This document shows, in pieces, positions 26,904-39,700 of a DNA stretch of 64,000 nt. Position 1 is the stretch's first letter. The number at the start of each line of letters is the position of its first letter. The notes under the pieces were generated by a model. That model saw nothing but the letters and a program-made list of their open reading frames with translations. It did no database searches and had not been told where the DNA came from. Origin of the DNA: Octopus sinensis (Eukaryota); the NCBI RefSeq assembly GCF_006345805.1, contig NW_021833458.1:10371-74370 (forward strand), in the 5' to 3' direction. The position numbers and the translations under genes were made by a program.

Positions 26904-27310
26904 GGCGCAAGAGTGGCTGTGTGGTAAGTAGCTTGCTAACCAACCACATGGTTCCGGGTTCAGTCCCACTGCGTGGCATCTTGGGCAAGTGTCTTCTGCT
27001 ATAGCCCCGGGCCGACCAATGCCTTGTGAGTGGATTTGGTAGACGGAAACTGAAAGAAGCCTGTCGTATATATGTGTATATATATATAAGTGTGTGTGTG
27101 TATATGTTTGTCCCCCTAGCATTGCTTGACAACCGATGCTGGTGTGTTTACGTCCCCGTCACTTAGCGGTTCGGCAAAAAGAGACCGATAGAATAAGTAC
27201 TGGGCTTACAAAGAATAAATCCTGGGGTCGTGTTGCTCGACTAAAGGCGGTGCTCCAGCATGGCGGCAGTCAAATGACTGAAACAAGTAAAAGAGTAAAA
27301 GAGTAAAGAG
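26904..27310 (+). mobile_element. SINE family A, full length
   Basis: Near-consensus head, core and tail with (gtaaaaga)n end. Confidence 0.9.
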
Positions 27311-27574
27311 TAATAATCTTAACAGCTTGAAAATTACTTTTATTCATTTATTTGTTTCGATCATTGGAATGCAGCCATGCAGTGGCAGTGTATCGTAAGT
27401 TGTTTTTGTTAGTCGATCAAATAGAATTCAGCAGTTAAGTTTTAATCCCATGTATGTTTCGTTTTAGTTTATTAGTCTGGAGGGCTCGGTTAAGAAACAC
27501 ACAAGAAGCCAGCAAGCCAACACCTGCTAGCAGACTACGAGATACAAACAGAAATACGCTTCAGCAGAATTTCA

Positions 27575-27998
27575 TATACTCTTTTACTCTTTTATTCTTT
27601 TACTTGTTTCAGTCATTTGACTGCGGCCATGCTGGAGCACCGCCTTTTAGTCGAGCAAATCGACCCCGGGACTCATTCTTTGTAAGCCCAGTACTTATTC
27701 TATCGGTCTCTTTTGTCGAACCGCTAATTGACGGCGACGTAAACACACCAGCATCGGTTGTCAAGCAATGCTAGGGGGACAAACACAGACACACAAACAT
27801 ATACACACACACTTATATATTATATATATATACACATATATACGACAGGCTTTTTTCAGTTTCCGTCTACCAAATCCACTCACAAGGCATTGGTCGGCCC
27901 GAGGCTATAGCAGAAGACACTTGCCCAAGATGCCACGCAGTGGGACTGAACCCGGAACCATGTGGTTGGTTAGCAAGCTACTTACTACACAGCCACTC
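27575..27998 (-). mobile_element. SINE family A, full length, tail-to-tail with the previous copy
   Basis: Reverse complement of 26904-27310. Confidence 0.9.
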
Positions 27999-28655
27999 CA
28001 GCGTGTGTGTGTATTTATATATGGGTAGCGGACTCGCGGTCGTAGGATCACAGGCCGGGAATATATATCATTCAACTACAGCCTGGAAAAAAAACAGGGG
28101 TTACATAGAAAAAATGCAAGTAAGGGAAATAATATTTTTAATGCCGCAATTTACTCACTCACAAAACAATCATACAGAGATTGTCATTAATTCAGTTCTG
28201 AACCAAACTGAAAACTGTTAACATCTTTGAAGAGACTGGCCCCTACTTACATTTTGGAATTAAAAATTGAGACTTATAAATACAGTGTACATTTAAATAC
28301 ATAAGAGAGGGCCATCACTGGACTACCCGCACGCTAGAGAGGACACTTAAATTCCAAACTACATTTAGGGATAAAATATCGAAGAGAATTAAAAATAAAA
28401 GGAGTTAGATGGTAAATGTTTTTATTTTCCATTCCCTTCGATATTTTATCCCTAATAGTGGTTTGGAATTTAACTGTCCCGCTAGCGTGCAGGTAGTCCT
28501 ATGGTGGCTACCACTGATGAGTTTAAATGTACACTATATTTATATCTATTTATATGTATATATGTATGTAAAGATATATATAGGGGGAGAATTCACAAAA
28601 ATGAAAGATATATTTATGTATAAATATATATATATATGCATATATATATATACAC

Positions 28656-28733
<78 letters not shown>

Positions 28734-28906
28734 ACATACTATAATTCCAAGCACAAAAGGAGAGGGCGTAGAAAAGTAGGAGAAACAATTTAGTAAGATT
28801 GAAGATAACTAATGGGAGGTCATTTTGAATATAGGCTGGAACATTTAACTATGTAAGCAGTAAATAGATAAATAAACAGATATCTATCTATCTATTTATC
28901 TATATC

Positions 28907-28946
<40 letters not shown>

Positions 28947-28982
28947 TGCATATATATGTATATATATATATATGCATGTATA

Positions 28983-29060
<78 letters not shown>

Positions 29061-29446
29061 TATGTGTATATATACATGTACAAAATATGGGCATTTAGTT
29101 CACAGGTGATCTAAACGATTAGGTACGCTAGGTAAGTGCTGTAACGGAATACTAGGGCTACAAGGTTTCAGATTTCCGATATAGCGGATACATAATTCTT
29201 ATAGAAGGAACATTAAGGCAAGGCAAACCTCTCATGTCGTATACATTATTATTTTTTTTATTATTATTATTATGGGAAAAAATTCAGTCTTACAGCTGTT
29301 TCTGGGATTACCCAGAATATGGAATATTCCGTCATCGGAGATAAATAGGAAAAATGAGAAGGGCATAAATTAATGAAATAAAGACACACAGGGCAGGAGT
29401 AAAGGAATACGTTCATGAAGAAAGATGGTCTGGTCGGTCACGTGGT

Positions 29447-29511
<65 letters not shown>

Positions 29512-30129
29512 GTTTGTGTGTGCCTATCACAACAGCTATGATTGTGATGCCCTATGGATCAAAATTATTTAGCTATCTTACCCCAAACCGCAGATGCACA
29601 CAAATCAATATACCCAATTCTTCTTTTCCATAAAATCAATTCTGTAAAATCCCGTCCATTCTTGCATTTTTTCTGCAGGGCTGGACTTATATATGTTCAA
29701 TAGGAACTTTAACAATATTAATACTTTTCAGTCGGGGATCCTGCCAACTCAATGCCATTATTTCCTCCTTCCTACCCTTTGATACCGCGAGTAGCTATTC
29801 AGGAAATAAAGTAAGAGAGAAGGAGTGCATTACCAACAAAAGGCTGGTAATTATTCGTCGATACTGAGAAAATGAAGCGCAATGTTGGCTTCGGTTTCAT
29901 TAGAATTCAGGATGAGCCATCTGAAGCAAATATCCGATTGTATTTCGTTTGACGCTGTAATTATATTGGAAATTAACCTTTTGATTTAGTAGTCCTTACG
30001 TGCACTAGGGTGTCCAGTTTTCCCTACTGTTGTGGTTCTGCTCAATAAAGATCTACCTGCTGTTACGTCCAACAGCGCATGTGCTTCATCATATGATACG
30101 ACCATTCATTTCTCGCAGTTCTACAAAAT

Positions 30130-30720
30130 TGCTTCATTGACATGCAACCAGGATACTACATATCCAGCTTATACAAACCTTGAAACCAATGGCAGCAATG
30201 AAGCAATACCAAGCTTATCTCTTTCAACAGCAAAATTAAAAGCTAAAGTACATTTTATATACAGACAACATTTTATTTACAGATAACACATTCCCGAAAC
30301 ATGCCTGGCACTCAGCAACAGCCATCACAGTTTTCTTAAATGCTGTGCTTCAACACGGATGACCAACTGTCCAAAGTATACCTCAGCCTATTTAAGACTA
30401 CATCCTAAAAACTGATCCTTTTCTATAGGGCCAGAAATTATTTCAGACCGCAACAGTTGTTGACACTTCACAATGCTCTAGTGAGGCCCACAATAAACTT
30501 TTAATCCTTTATCTAGAAATTTGCAGCTGCCGCAGACACAGATACCCATTGTTGCTTCTAGAAGGAACATCTCTCGACTGATTCGCCTTAAATTATTCAT
30601 AATTATGTCCCAACAACTCCCCCACAGATGCACCGTCTCATTTCTCTGTTACCGCTGCCGTAACTGTAAAAGCCTTGGTTTATCGGGTCTGGTTGATTTT
30701 GTACTTCCTCCACTTGTCTC
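30130..30720 (+). pseudogene. Decayed CR1/L2-group LINE RT C-terminal fragment
   Basis: KLILFYRARNYFRPQQLLTLHNALVRP..ISRLI..LPHRCTVSFLCYR..LPP, with stops. Confidence 0.6.
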
Positions 30721-32166
30721 TCTATATATTTTAATACAAACACCCAATCTCCAACACGAGTCGTAAACCCCTGTCTCTCTCCCAGGTGTATAGGTTCACT
30801 AAAATCTCCCTTCAACCTATTCATATTATTCCTTTTAGTGTACATGTGGATTTTTTTTAGGTGCGCTGGTATTCCGTAACTAGAGGGATGTTTCTACATT
30901 TCAAAGTTATGAACAAAAAGTTTTCAAGGCGCTGAAATATTAAATACAGATATTTGTAAAACTTACTTAATATTTTCTAAATCCCCAAATGCACTTACCC
31001 GTTGCGATGTATCATTTTGGAGTAACTGGTAGACATTTTGATATAGATATACACATTTTACTTCTTAAGTGATACTGGTTGCTTTACAGAATGCAGTGGT
31101 GCCTGCTAGGATTTGAACTTACAACGTATAGAAATATGGATTCGAAATATATTTTTCCTTTTAGTTGGCCGCCCTGTCATTTGAACCGTGGCACCAGCGT
31201 AAGACAGATGAAAAGTAATATATATATATATATATGATAGTGTGTCTGTTTTTGAGTAGTGTATGTCTGTATACACATATGTATTCATATGTGAGTGTTT
31301 ATATACATGTTTGTATGTATATATATATATATATACACGCACATAAATATATATTATCTATATATTATCTTAAAACGTTATTACTGAACACACAGCAGCA
31401 ACAGCAGTCGCAGTATCAGAAGATGATGAAGGAGAAAAAAATGAGGAGACAAAGAAGAAAATACCGGGAAATAACACGAACAACAAAAAGAAAGAGAAGA
31501 AAATAGGGAAAGAAAAAATTTTCTATAAAAAAATTACATATTTTCAAGATAAATAACTCTATAAAATAAACCTCCATTTTCAATGAAAATCTAACAGCTA
31601 ATTTGAAAATAAATAAACATTCTTAAAACTAATAAATATTTTCAAAACAAATAAGTAGTTTGGAGCGTAAAAAGTTGTAAAGTTAATTGAAGTTAAAATC
31701 TTTTCTTTTGCTGTTTATACATATTTTTTTCTTTCTTTTATTACTATTTTGTTTTCGTATAATGAGCAAGTAAAAATGTTGGATTTCCTAGAATTTAACT
31801 TTAGTTTCATTTCCCCTAAAATGTTTCGTACGCCAAAAGACGTTTCGTTGCTGCTGCTGTTATTGTTGTTGTTGTTTTTGTTATTTTAACTTTCGCTTTA
31901 CAAGAAACTTTTGCTTCATTTTATTATTAGTATTATTATTATTTTTTTTTTTTTTGCTTTTGTCATAGTGTTATCTTTTCAAAATATATTTTAACAACTC
32001 TTTATTTTATTGTTTCTTACCGTTCCCTTATTGTTCTTCCTTCTCTTTATTCTTTCTTATTTCTGTTGTTATTATTGTTGTTTGTCATTGTTCTTGTTGT
32101 TGATGTCGATAATATTTCTGCTATTGTAGTTTTCTAAAACTCACCTTCCCTACCTCCTTATGTTTG

Positions 32167-32207
<41 letters not shown>

Positions 32208-32251
32208 ACTCACACGTGTATATATAGATATATACATGCATAATATATGTA

Positions 32252-32283
<32 letters not shown>

Positions 32284-32420
32284 GAATACATAGATATATG
32301 TACCTGCATATATATACATATATATACCTATATATATATATATATGTATGAATACATATGTGAAAATATATGTATACAGACACTTACACATAGAAACATA
32401 TGAAAAGACACATGTCACTA

Positions 32421-32451
<31 letters not shown>

Positions 32452-32508
32452 ATATATATATATATATACATATATGTATGTATATATATGTATATATATA
32501 TATATATA

Positions 32509-32543
<35 letters not shown>

Positions 32544-33279
32544 GACGCACATATATTCCTATAGATATATGTATACATACACCCACACGCAAACACAGAC
32601 ACATATGAGAGAGAGAGAGAGTGTGTGTCTGTGTATGTGAGAGTGTCTGTGTGTGTCTGTGTGTGTGTGTGCTTACGTATGACTATATATTTGTTTTATT
32701 AAATTTCTATTTCTTTACTTTCGTTTTGCTTTATACTTATTCTATCATCTTAAAAGCAAACGCTAAAAGGAGATAACACATATTAGAAAACAACGCAAAA
32801 CACGAAGCAGATATGATATTATCAATTTACAAGATGTGTCGAGAGAAAGCATGGCTTATTTGCTTTTGTGCTTTTGTTTCAATTTTATATATATATATTT
32901 TTTTTTCTCAATTGTCTTTGTTTTTATTTTATCGTTTGTTAACTTTAATATTATTTCGTTATTTTGTTTAAATTTGTTTCGTTACATATTGTGTAGCTTA
33001 GAGATGTTTACCCAAGAAAGGTGCAAGCGTTGTTTTCCTCCCAATGAGAGAAGAGATTATCGCTGTAAGACCTAACAAGATAAAAGCAGATGCCACAAAG
33101 TTTAATATACAGCTAGTGTATATAAGGTAGTAGGATAATATCAATACTACTGGTGGCTATATTTTCCCTGATAGCATACTCTGCAAGATAAATATGACAG
33201 CGGCACCGTAAGAGGAGGGGCGATTGGAGTTCGTGCTGTTAGTTAGAAAGTAATGTGTTAGAAAGTTATGCTGCTGATG

Positions 33280-33751
33280 ATGGTGATCATGACGATTAAG
33301 GTGGTGCGCGATGATGTTGAGTGAGGTGGGAAAGTTGGTAGGGTGTTGTGATGACAGCAGCGGTGGTGGCGGTCGTGGTGGTGTGCCTGATGTTACTGGT
33401 GATGCTGGTGATGATGTTGACAATAGTGATGCTGGTGATGGAGTTGACAATGGAAAGGTTTCGGAAAGTGATGGAGACGATGTTGACAGAAAGGTGGTGT
33501 CAGTGATAGTGGGGGTGGGGGTGGGGGGTGGAGGGGTAGATGATGCTGATGGTGATAATATAAGGCATGATGTTGGCACGTGATAATTGTCGTGGTGGTG
33601 GTCGGAGTAATAGGGGGAGAGATAGTTGATGCCAGCAGGTATATTAGAGGTAGGTGGACATGGTTGGATTTGGTAGAACGGATGCTGTTGATTCAACACA
33701 CTGCGGCGTTTGCAGTGGTAGCAGCAGTGGTCGTTGTGGATGAGGATTATA

Positions 33752-33790
<39 letters not shown>

Positions 33791-33819
33791 TTGATGACGA
33801 TGATGATGATGATTATGAC

Positions 33820-33855
<36 letters not shown>

Positions 33856-33860
33856 AACGT
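33280..33860. repeat. GT-rich low complexity plus (GAT)n
   Basis: (gat)n 33750-33855 and degenerate ggt/gat repeats. Confidence 0.85.
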
Positions 33861-34055
33861 AGTGCATTGCACAATGGCGACGCTACTGGAGCTGAAAGTA
33901 CATATGACAAACCCTCACACCAACAGGCACAAGGAAATACACACACAGGCATACATACGTGTGTGTGTGTGAGTGTGTGAGAGTGAAAGTGTGTGCGTCT
34001 GTGTACATACATACATATGTATATGCATATATTGATACATATATATATGTATATA

Positions 34056-34086
<31 letters not shown>

Positions 34087-34153
34087 GCATACATATATAT
34101 ATACATATATATTATACACATATATATATACACATATATATATACACACACAC

Positions 34154-34216
<63 letters not shown>

Positions 34217-34700
34217 TATAGAAAGCGGTGGTAGAATTTATAGAGATGATGGTAGCATTAAAACATAGCAATCGTCGTCATATTGGAATTTATGTCGGTA
34301 ATATTCTTATGTTGAAGGTGTGTTAATGGTTACGATGCTGAAACAACGATAAGGTTTCCAAATATTATAAAACTATATCAATCGCTTGATATTCAGTAAG
34401 ATAGATAACAAAGAAATGCATGACAAAAATGAGCAAGGAAAGTTGATATAATGGTTGAATATGATTACTGAATGGATATCTTCATGATTATTAAAAAAAA
34501 CAGAAAAAAAAATGCATGAAAGTTTTGATGCCCCCATTTTTCAAAAATTAAATTTGTTTTTGTATTGAATTTTCTGTATCCAGTGTTTTATTTTTGTATC
34601 TAGCATACAACGATATATATATTTACGTCTTCTGCACGCATATTTACGTGTACGTATCGGTCTCACTCTGTGCATACTTCTATGTATATACACATCAGTG

Positions 34701-34747
<47 letters not shown>

Positions 34748-34822
34748 CTTTGTCTGTCTGTCTATTCATCTCACTATGTATGTTTATATATGTATACATA
34801 TAAAATATATACACACTGTTTA

Positions 34823-34857
<35 letters not shown>

Positions 34858-34862
34858 GTGTG

Positions 34863-34909
<47 letters not shown>

Positions 34910-37279
34910 ATATATATATATATATTATATATATATATATGATTTATAAATATATGTATCTGTATCAATCTCTGTTTATTTTCTCTTATTCCTTTTTGTT
35001 GAAGACTGTAGTCTCGAAGCGTGAAAGGCATTAAATTTTTCCGAGTACCAAGCTAATAAACGTGCGTGTTGTTCGTACATCTGCCTTCGTCTTTCGTTTT
35101 TCTATAAATTTCAAATGTCTATGAATATATTTGTATTTATATGTGTATATAAATTCACACACAAGGAAATACATACATGAATATATATATATATATAATC
35201 TAAATTCAACTTACGTTGAAAGTCAACAAAGTTTGCTTTAGAAACGTTGAGATTCGAACTCACATCCGTGTGATTACGCGTTTACCATTAATATAAACTA
35301 GCCAGCAACAAATTCTTCTGCAATTTCAGGATATATAAATCTAGCTTTATGAGACCACTTGACGTGTAATCACAGGAATGTGAGTTCGACTTTCATGGCT
35401 GGCCGCCGACAGATTTGTCTGCAAAATATCGTTAGTGTGTGTGTGTGTGTGTGTGTGTCTATGTGTGTGTATGTGTTGTGTGTGTTTGTGTGTGTGTGCG
35501 TGTGTCTTTGTGTCTGTGTTTTCCTGACCACCACCTTCGCTTGACAACCGATGTTGGTATGTTTACGTCCCCGGCAAAAGACACCGATGGAAGAAGTCCC
35601 AAGCTTCCAAAAAATTTGCTGCGATCAAATTACTGAAACAAGTAAAATAATTTTTTAAATAGTAACGAATAAAAGAATATATATGCACATACATACATAA
35701 GTACGTACATACATACGTACATAATTACATACATACATACATACATTTCTCTTGCTTGTACATCACGCAACGTTGTCTCCATCGAATACTCTTCTGCTGC
35801 AAGTTGACGCATCCATATATTTTATTCTTCTAATAAAGTTATAAAACCTTGCTTTTCGATAGCAACTGTGTGGAAAATATAATTTATATTCATGAAAATA
35901 CATTTAAATTTATTTGAATATTTTAGTTGTATCACGTTGAATATTATTAAAACAAAAAAAAAAAAAACACTTGCTGTTTTTATTTATGTATTTATTAGTA
36001 GACATCAGACAGTTATCACACTGTGAAAGATAAATTTTAAAACGAAGATACATTAAAGTAATAACAGCTATAATTTTATAGTTTGTTACCAACAAAAGTA
36101 TCTGGAACACAAGTACCGACGTACTGTAGTTTTCTAATATTTATGTGTTGACAAGTAAAAATGATTTATTATATTACGCAAAGAACAATTAATATAACGA
36201 ATATATCTCATGGTGAAATGTTTCTTTATTGAATACTTGCGAACTTGGATTTCTACAAGTAAACCTTACGAAGGTGTTTACATTTATTTTTCTTTGTTGG
36301 CTTTGATTTCGAGAGCAGACATTTTGGTTTTTGGCTTATTGTCTTTTTCTTGTTTCACTTATTATTCTGCGGCCCAAACTGGGCCTGCCGTTGAAGTGTT
36401 TAGCCAAAGGTAGCGATCCGAGGACTTATTTTGTTGTTGTTGTTTTTTCATTCTGTTACGTAACTTGTTGGTCTCTCAACTGATATATTAAGGGGACATA
36501 ATTGTTCATCAAAAGAAAAAAGATCCTGGTTGTTAAGCGGTTATATATATATATATTTCGTTTTTGGATTTGGTTTGCAAGATTCTTTATGTGAATTCGT
36601 GTGTTGAATCATATTCTGTTGTGGTCTGGGGAGAGCCATTCTCCTTTTAGTGCCTTGTAACTTAACACACTCACCGGTAAAATTTCCACTTATTTTCTTC
36701 TTTTCTGAAATTTTCTGAAATTTTCGTTGCGTCTTGCAACCTTTTCAATAGAATCAAAACTATTGAAAAGGTTGGAAGATGCAATGAACATTTAAGAAAA
36801 ATAAAGAAGTAAATGAGTGGAAATTTTACCGGTGAGTGTGTTAAATTATAAGACACTAACAGAGAATGACTCTCGCCAGACACAACAGTGTCTATATATA
36901 TATATATATATATAACATTTCACGACGCATTAAGCAGTGATTGATGAAAAAGTTTCACCCGCTCCTTATTAAATAATAAAACTCCATTCAAAAGATATTT
37001 TAACTATGTGCCCTCCATTTTTATATATAAATTCGGTTAAAATGATAATATCTTAATTGCATAATTGTGGAATTTATGATGTTGATTGCTAAAGAAATAG
37101 GTGATGAGCGTAATTAAATAATGAAACATTTGTGAAATTGTTGCTTTTCTGTCTTTAATGTATGCGCACATACATATACATATATGTGTGTATTCATATA
37201 TACACACACCTATGAATACATGTATAAAATAAGTATATTTATATATACATGTTCAAGATATATGTATGTTTCAAATTTT

Positions 37280-37480
37280 GGCGAAAGGCCAGCGATTTCG
37301 AGGGTGGAAGTAAGGCGATTACATTATTGAGCCCCCCAGTGCTCAGCTGGTATTTATTATTCTGCCCCAAAAGGTTGAAAAGCAAAGTCGACCTCGACGG
37401 AATTTGAACTCAGGACGTAAAGACCGAAGAAATACCACAAAGCATTTCGCCCAACGTGCTAACGTTCCTGCCAGCTCGCT
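37280..37480 (-). mobile_element. SINE family B, diverged
   Basis: aaagtcgacctcgacggaatttgaactcagg..ccagctcgc. Confidence 0.7.
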
Positions 37481-37784
37481 TTACACACACAAATAGAAAC
37501 ATCAACACGCACATTCATCCAGTCACATACACGCGCAGAAGGCATATTCCTTCTACCGTTTTGGCATTCTTTCCTGGGAAATATCATCGAACGAGTACAT
37601 TCGTACGCTGGTAGGTGATGATTTCAGCGGGATTTAGCAACTCTTTCTTGCAAATCGCCTGGCCACGTCGAGATTGTCATGTTCTCTGGATACAATGGGA
37701 AGAATAGTGACAAACACCACCTCAAACACATACACATATACACCGGAATCAATAGCAATAGCTTAATATGAGCGCTGCCAGCAC

Positions 37785-37828
37785 TGCTACTACTACAATT
37801 ACTACTACTACTACTACTACTACTACTG

Positions 37829-37870
<42 letters not shown>

Positions 37871-37919
37871 ATAATAATAATAATAATAATAGTACTGCTG
37901 CTGCTGTTGCTACTAATAT

Positions 37920-37963
<44 letters not shown>

Positions 37964-38191
37964 TTACTACTGCTGCTGCTGCTGCCACCACTTCTGTTAC
38001 TGATTATGCTATTGCTTCTACTATTACTACTACTGCTGCTACTACTACTACTACGAGTACTACTACTACTACTATTACTATTACTCCCATGGAAAAAGAT
38101 CGTGAGAGTTATGATCATGTAGACGATGGTGATGATGACGACGACGACAACAACGACGACGGCGACGACGATGACGATGATGATGGTGATA

Positions 38192-38279
<88 letters not shown>

Positions 38280-38360
38280 CGACAGTAGTGGAGATGGTTG
38301 TAGTGATGCTGTTGCTGTTGATGGCGATGACGATGACGATGGTGGCGATGATGGATGATT
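37785..38360. repeat. Compound (ACT)n-(AAT)n-(GCT)n-(GAT)n microsatellite
   Basis: Direct reading; explains the poly-T, poly-D and poly-H ORFs. Confidence 0.95.
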
Positions 38361-38769
38361 ATGAAGACGAACGAGGAGGAGACGATAATTCCAAGAAGCA
38401 ATACATTTATAAAGTGAAAATAGATAAATAAATAAATAAACGAAGAGAAACGCTAATTAGAGAAGAGTGACCAATTTCCTTCCTTCACATGGTGCCAGTC
38501 TAGAAAGGAAGCGAAATAATTAAGCAGGTAGTTTTCGACGCTTTGGAACACTCGAAGAATATCTCAAAGTTCTAGAGATAACCTGATTATGTTTCGTCTA
38601 CAGAAATATCGAATTTTATTTATACTTATTGACTTAAGGAGTAATTTACATAAACAAAATAAATACATGTATAGATTTTGAATTATGGCAAATCGAATAT
38701 ATTACCCAATATTGATTTTATCAAGCACATAATGGCGAAAGGGCAAATTCAATTTTTATATGGTTTGGA

Positions 38770-39150
38770 AAGCGGTGAGCTGGCGGAAAAGGTTAGCACG
38801 CCGGGTGAAATGCTTAGCGGTATTTCGTCTGTCTTTACGTTCTGAGTTCAAATTCCGCCGAGGTCGACTTTGCCTTTCATCCTTTCGGGGTCGATAAATT
38901 AAGTACCAATTACGCACTGGGGGTCGATATAATCGACTTAATCCGTTTGTCTGTCCTTGTTTGTCCTCTCTGTGTTTAGCCCCTTGTGGGTAGTAAAGAA
39001 ATAGGTCTTTCGTCTGCCGTTACGTTCTGAGTTCAAATTCCGCCGAGGTCGACTTTGCCTTTCATCCTTTCGGGGTCGATAAATTAAGTACCAGTTACGG
39101 ACTGGAGTCAATATAATCGACTTAATCCGTTTGTCTCTCCTTGTTTGTCC
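38770..39150 (+). mobile_element. SINE family B partial tandem dimer
   Basis: Body repeated from ttcgtctg.. after aaagaaatagg. Confidence 0.85.
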
Positions 39151-39380
39151 TCTCTGCGGTGCTCCAGCATGGCCGCAATCAAATGACTGAAAGAGATAAA
39201 AGAATAAAAGAAACTTACATACATATGTATGTACAGGGAGGGAAACAGAATTTACATTGATAAACACGTACAAACATACATATACACAGATATATGTATA
39301 TACATACATACATACATGTATAGATGTGTACGTGTGTGTACATATATACAAATATATATACATATAAGATATATATATAT

Positions 39381-39421
<41 letters not shown>

Positions 39422-39700
39422 CGTATATATTTCTATTTGTGTGTTTGTATGCATGTATGTGGATTTCTATGTAATTATCTGCTGTGAGCTTCTTTCTTCA
39501 TCGCTATGTTCTACTCTATCTATGCAAATATATTTTCAAACACGTTTCTAGAAATACAACAATTAACTTATAAGTGAAATTAGTTCTTCTCTTTGCACAC
39601 AAGCCCATCGACACACACAGGCACTCACACGTACTCACACATATGCACGCACACACACGTATGTGTGTGAGCTGCAAAACACAAAACTCTCTTGTTAACA

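Noticed and set aside
28513-28530. CTGATGA as a hammerhead core (also CTGACGA near 9284 and minus-strand hits near 11575, 11603 and 63893)
   Set aside because: No downstream GAAA with closing stems.
33157-33972. 236-aa and 130-aa ORFs rich in Pro/Ser/Thr or Asp
   Set aside because: Built from (GAT)n and GGT low-complexity sequence; no domain or splice support.
37624-38431. 196-aa Thr/Asp-rich ORF resembling an acidic biomineral protein
   Set aside because: Compound trinucleotide microsatellite, open in several frames on both strands, with no signal peptide.
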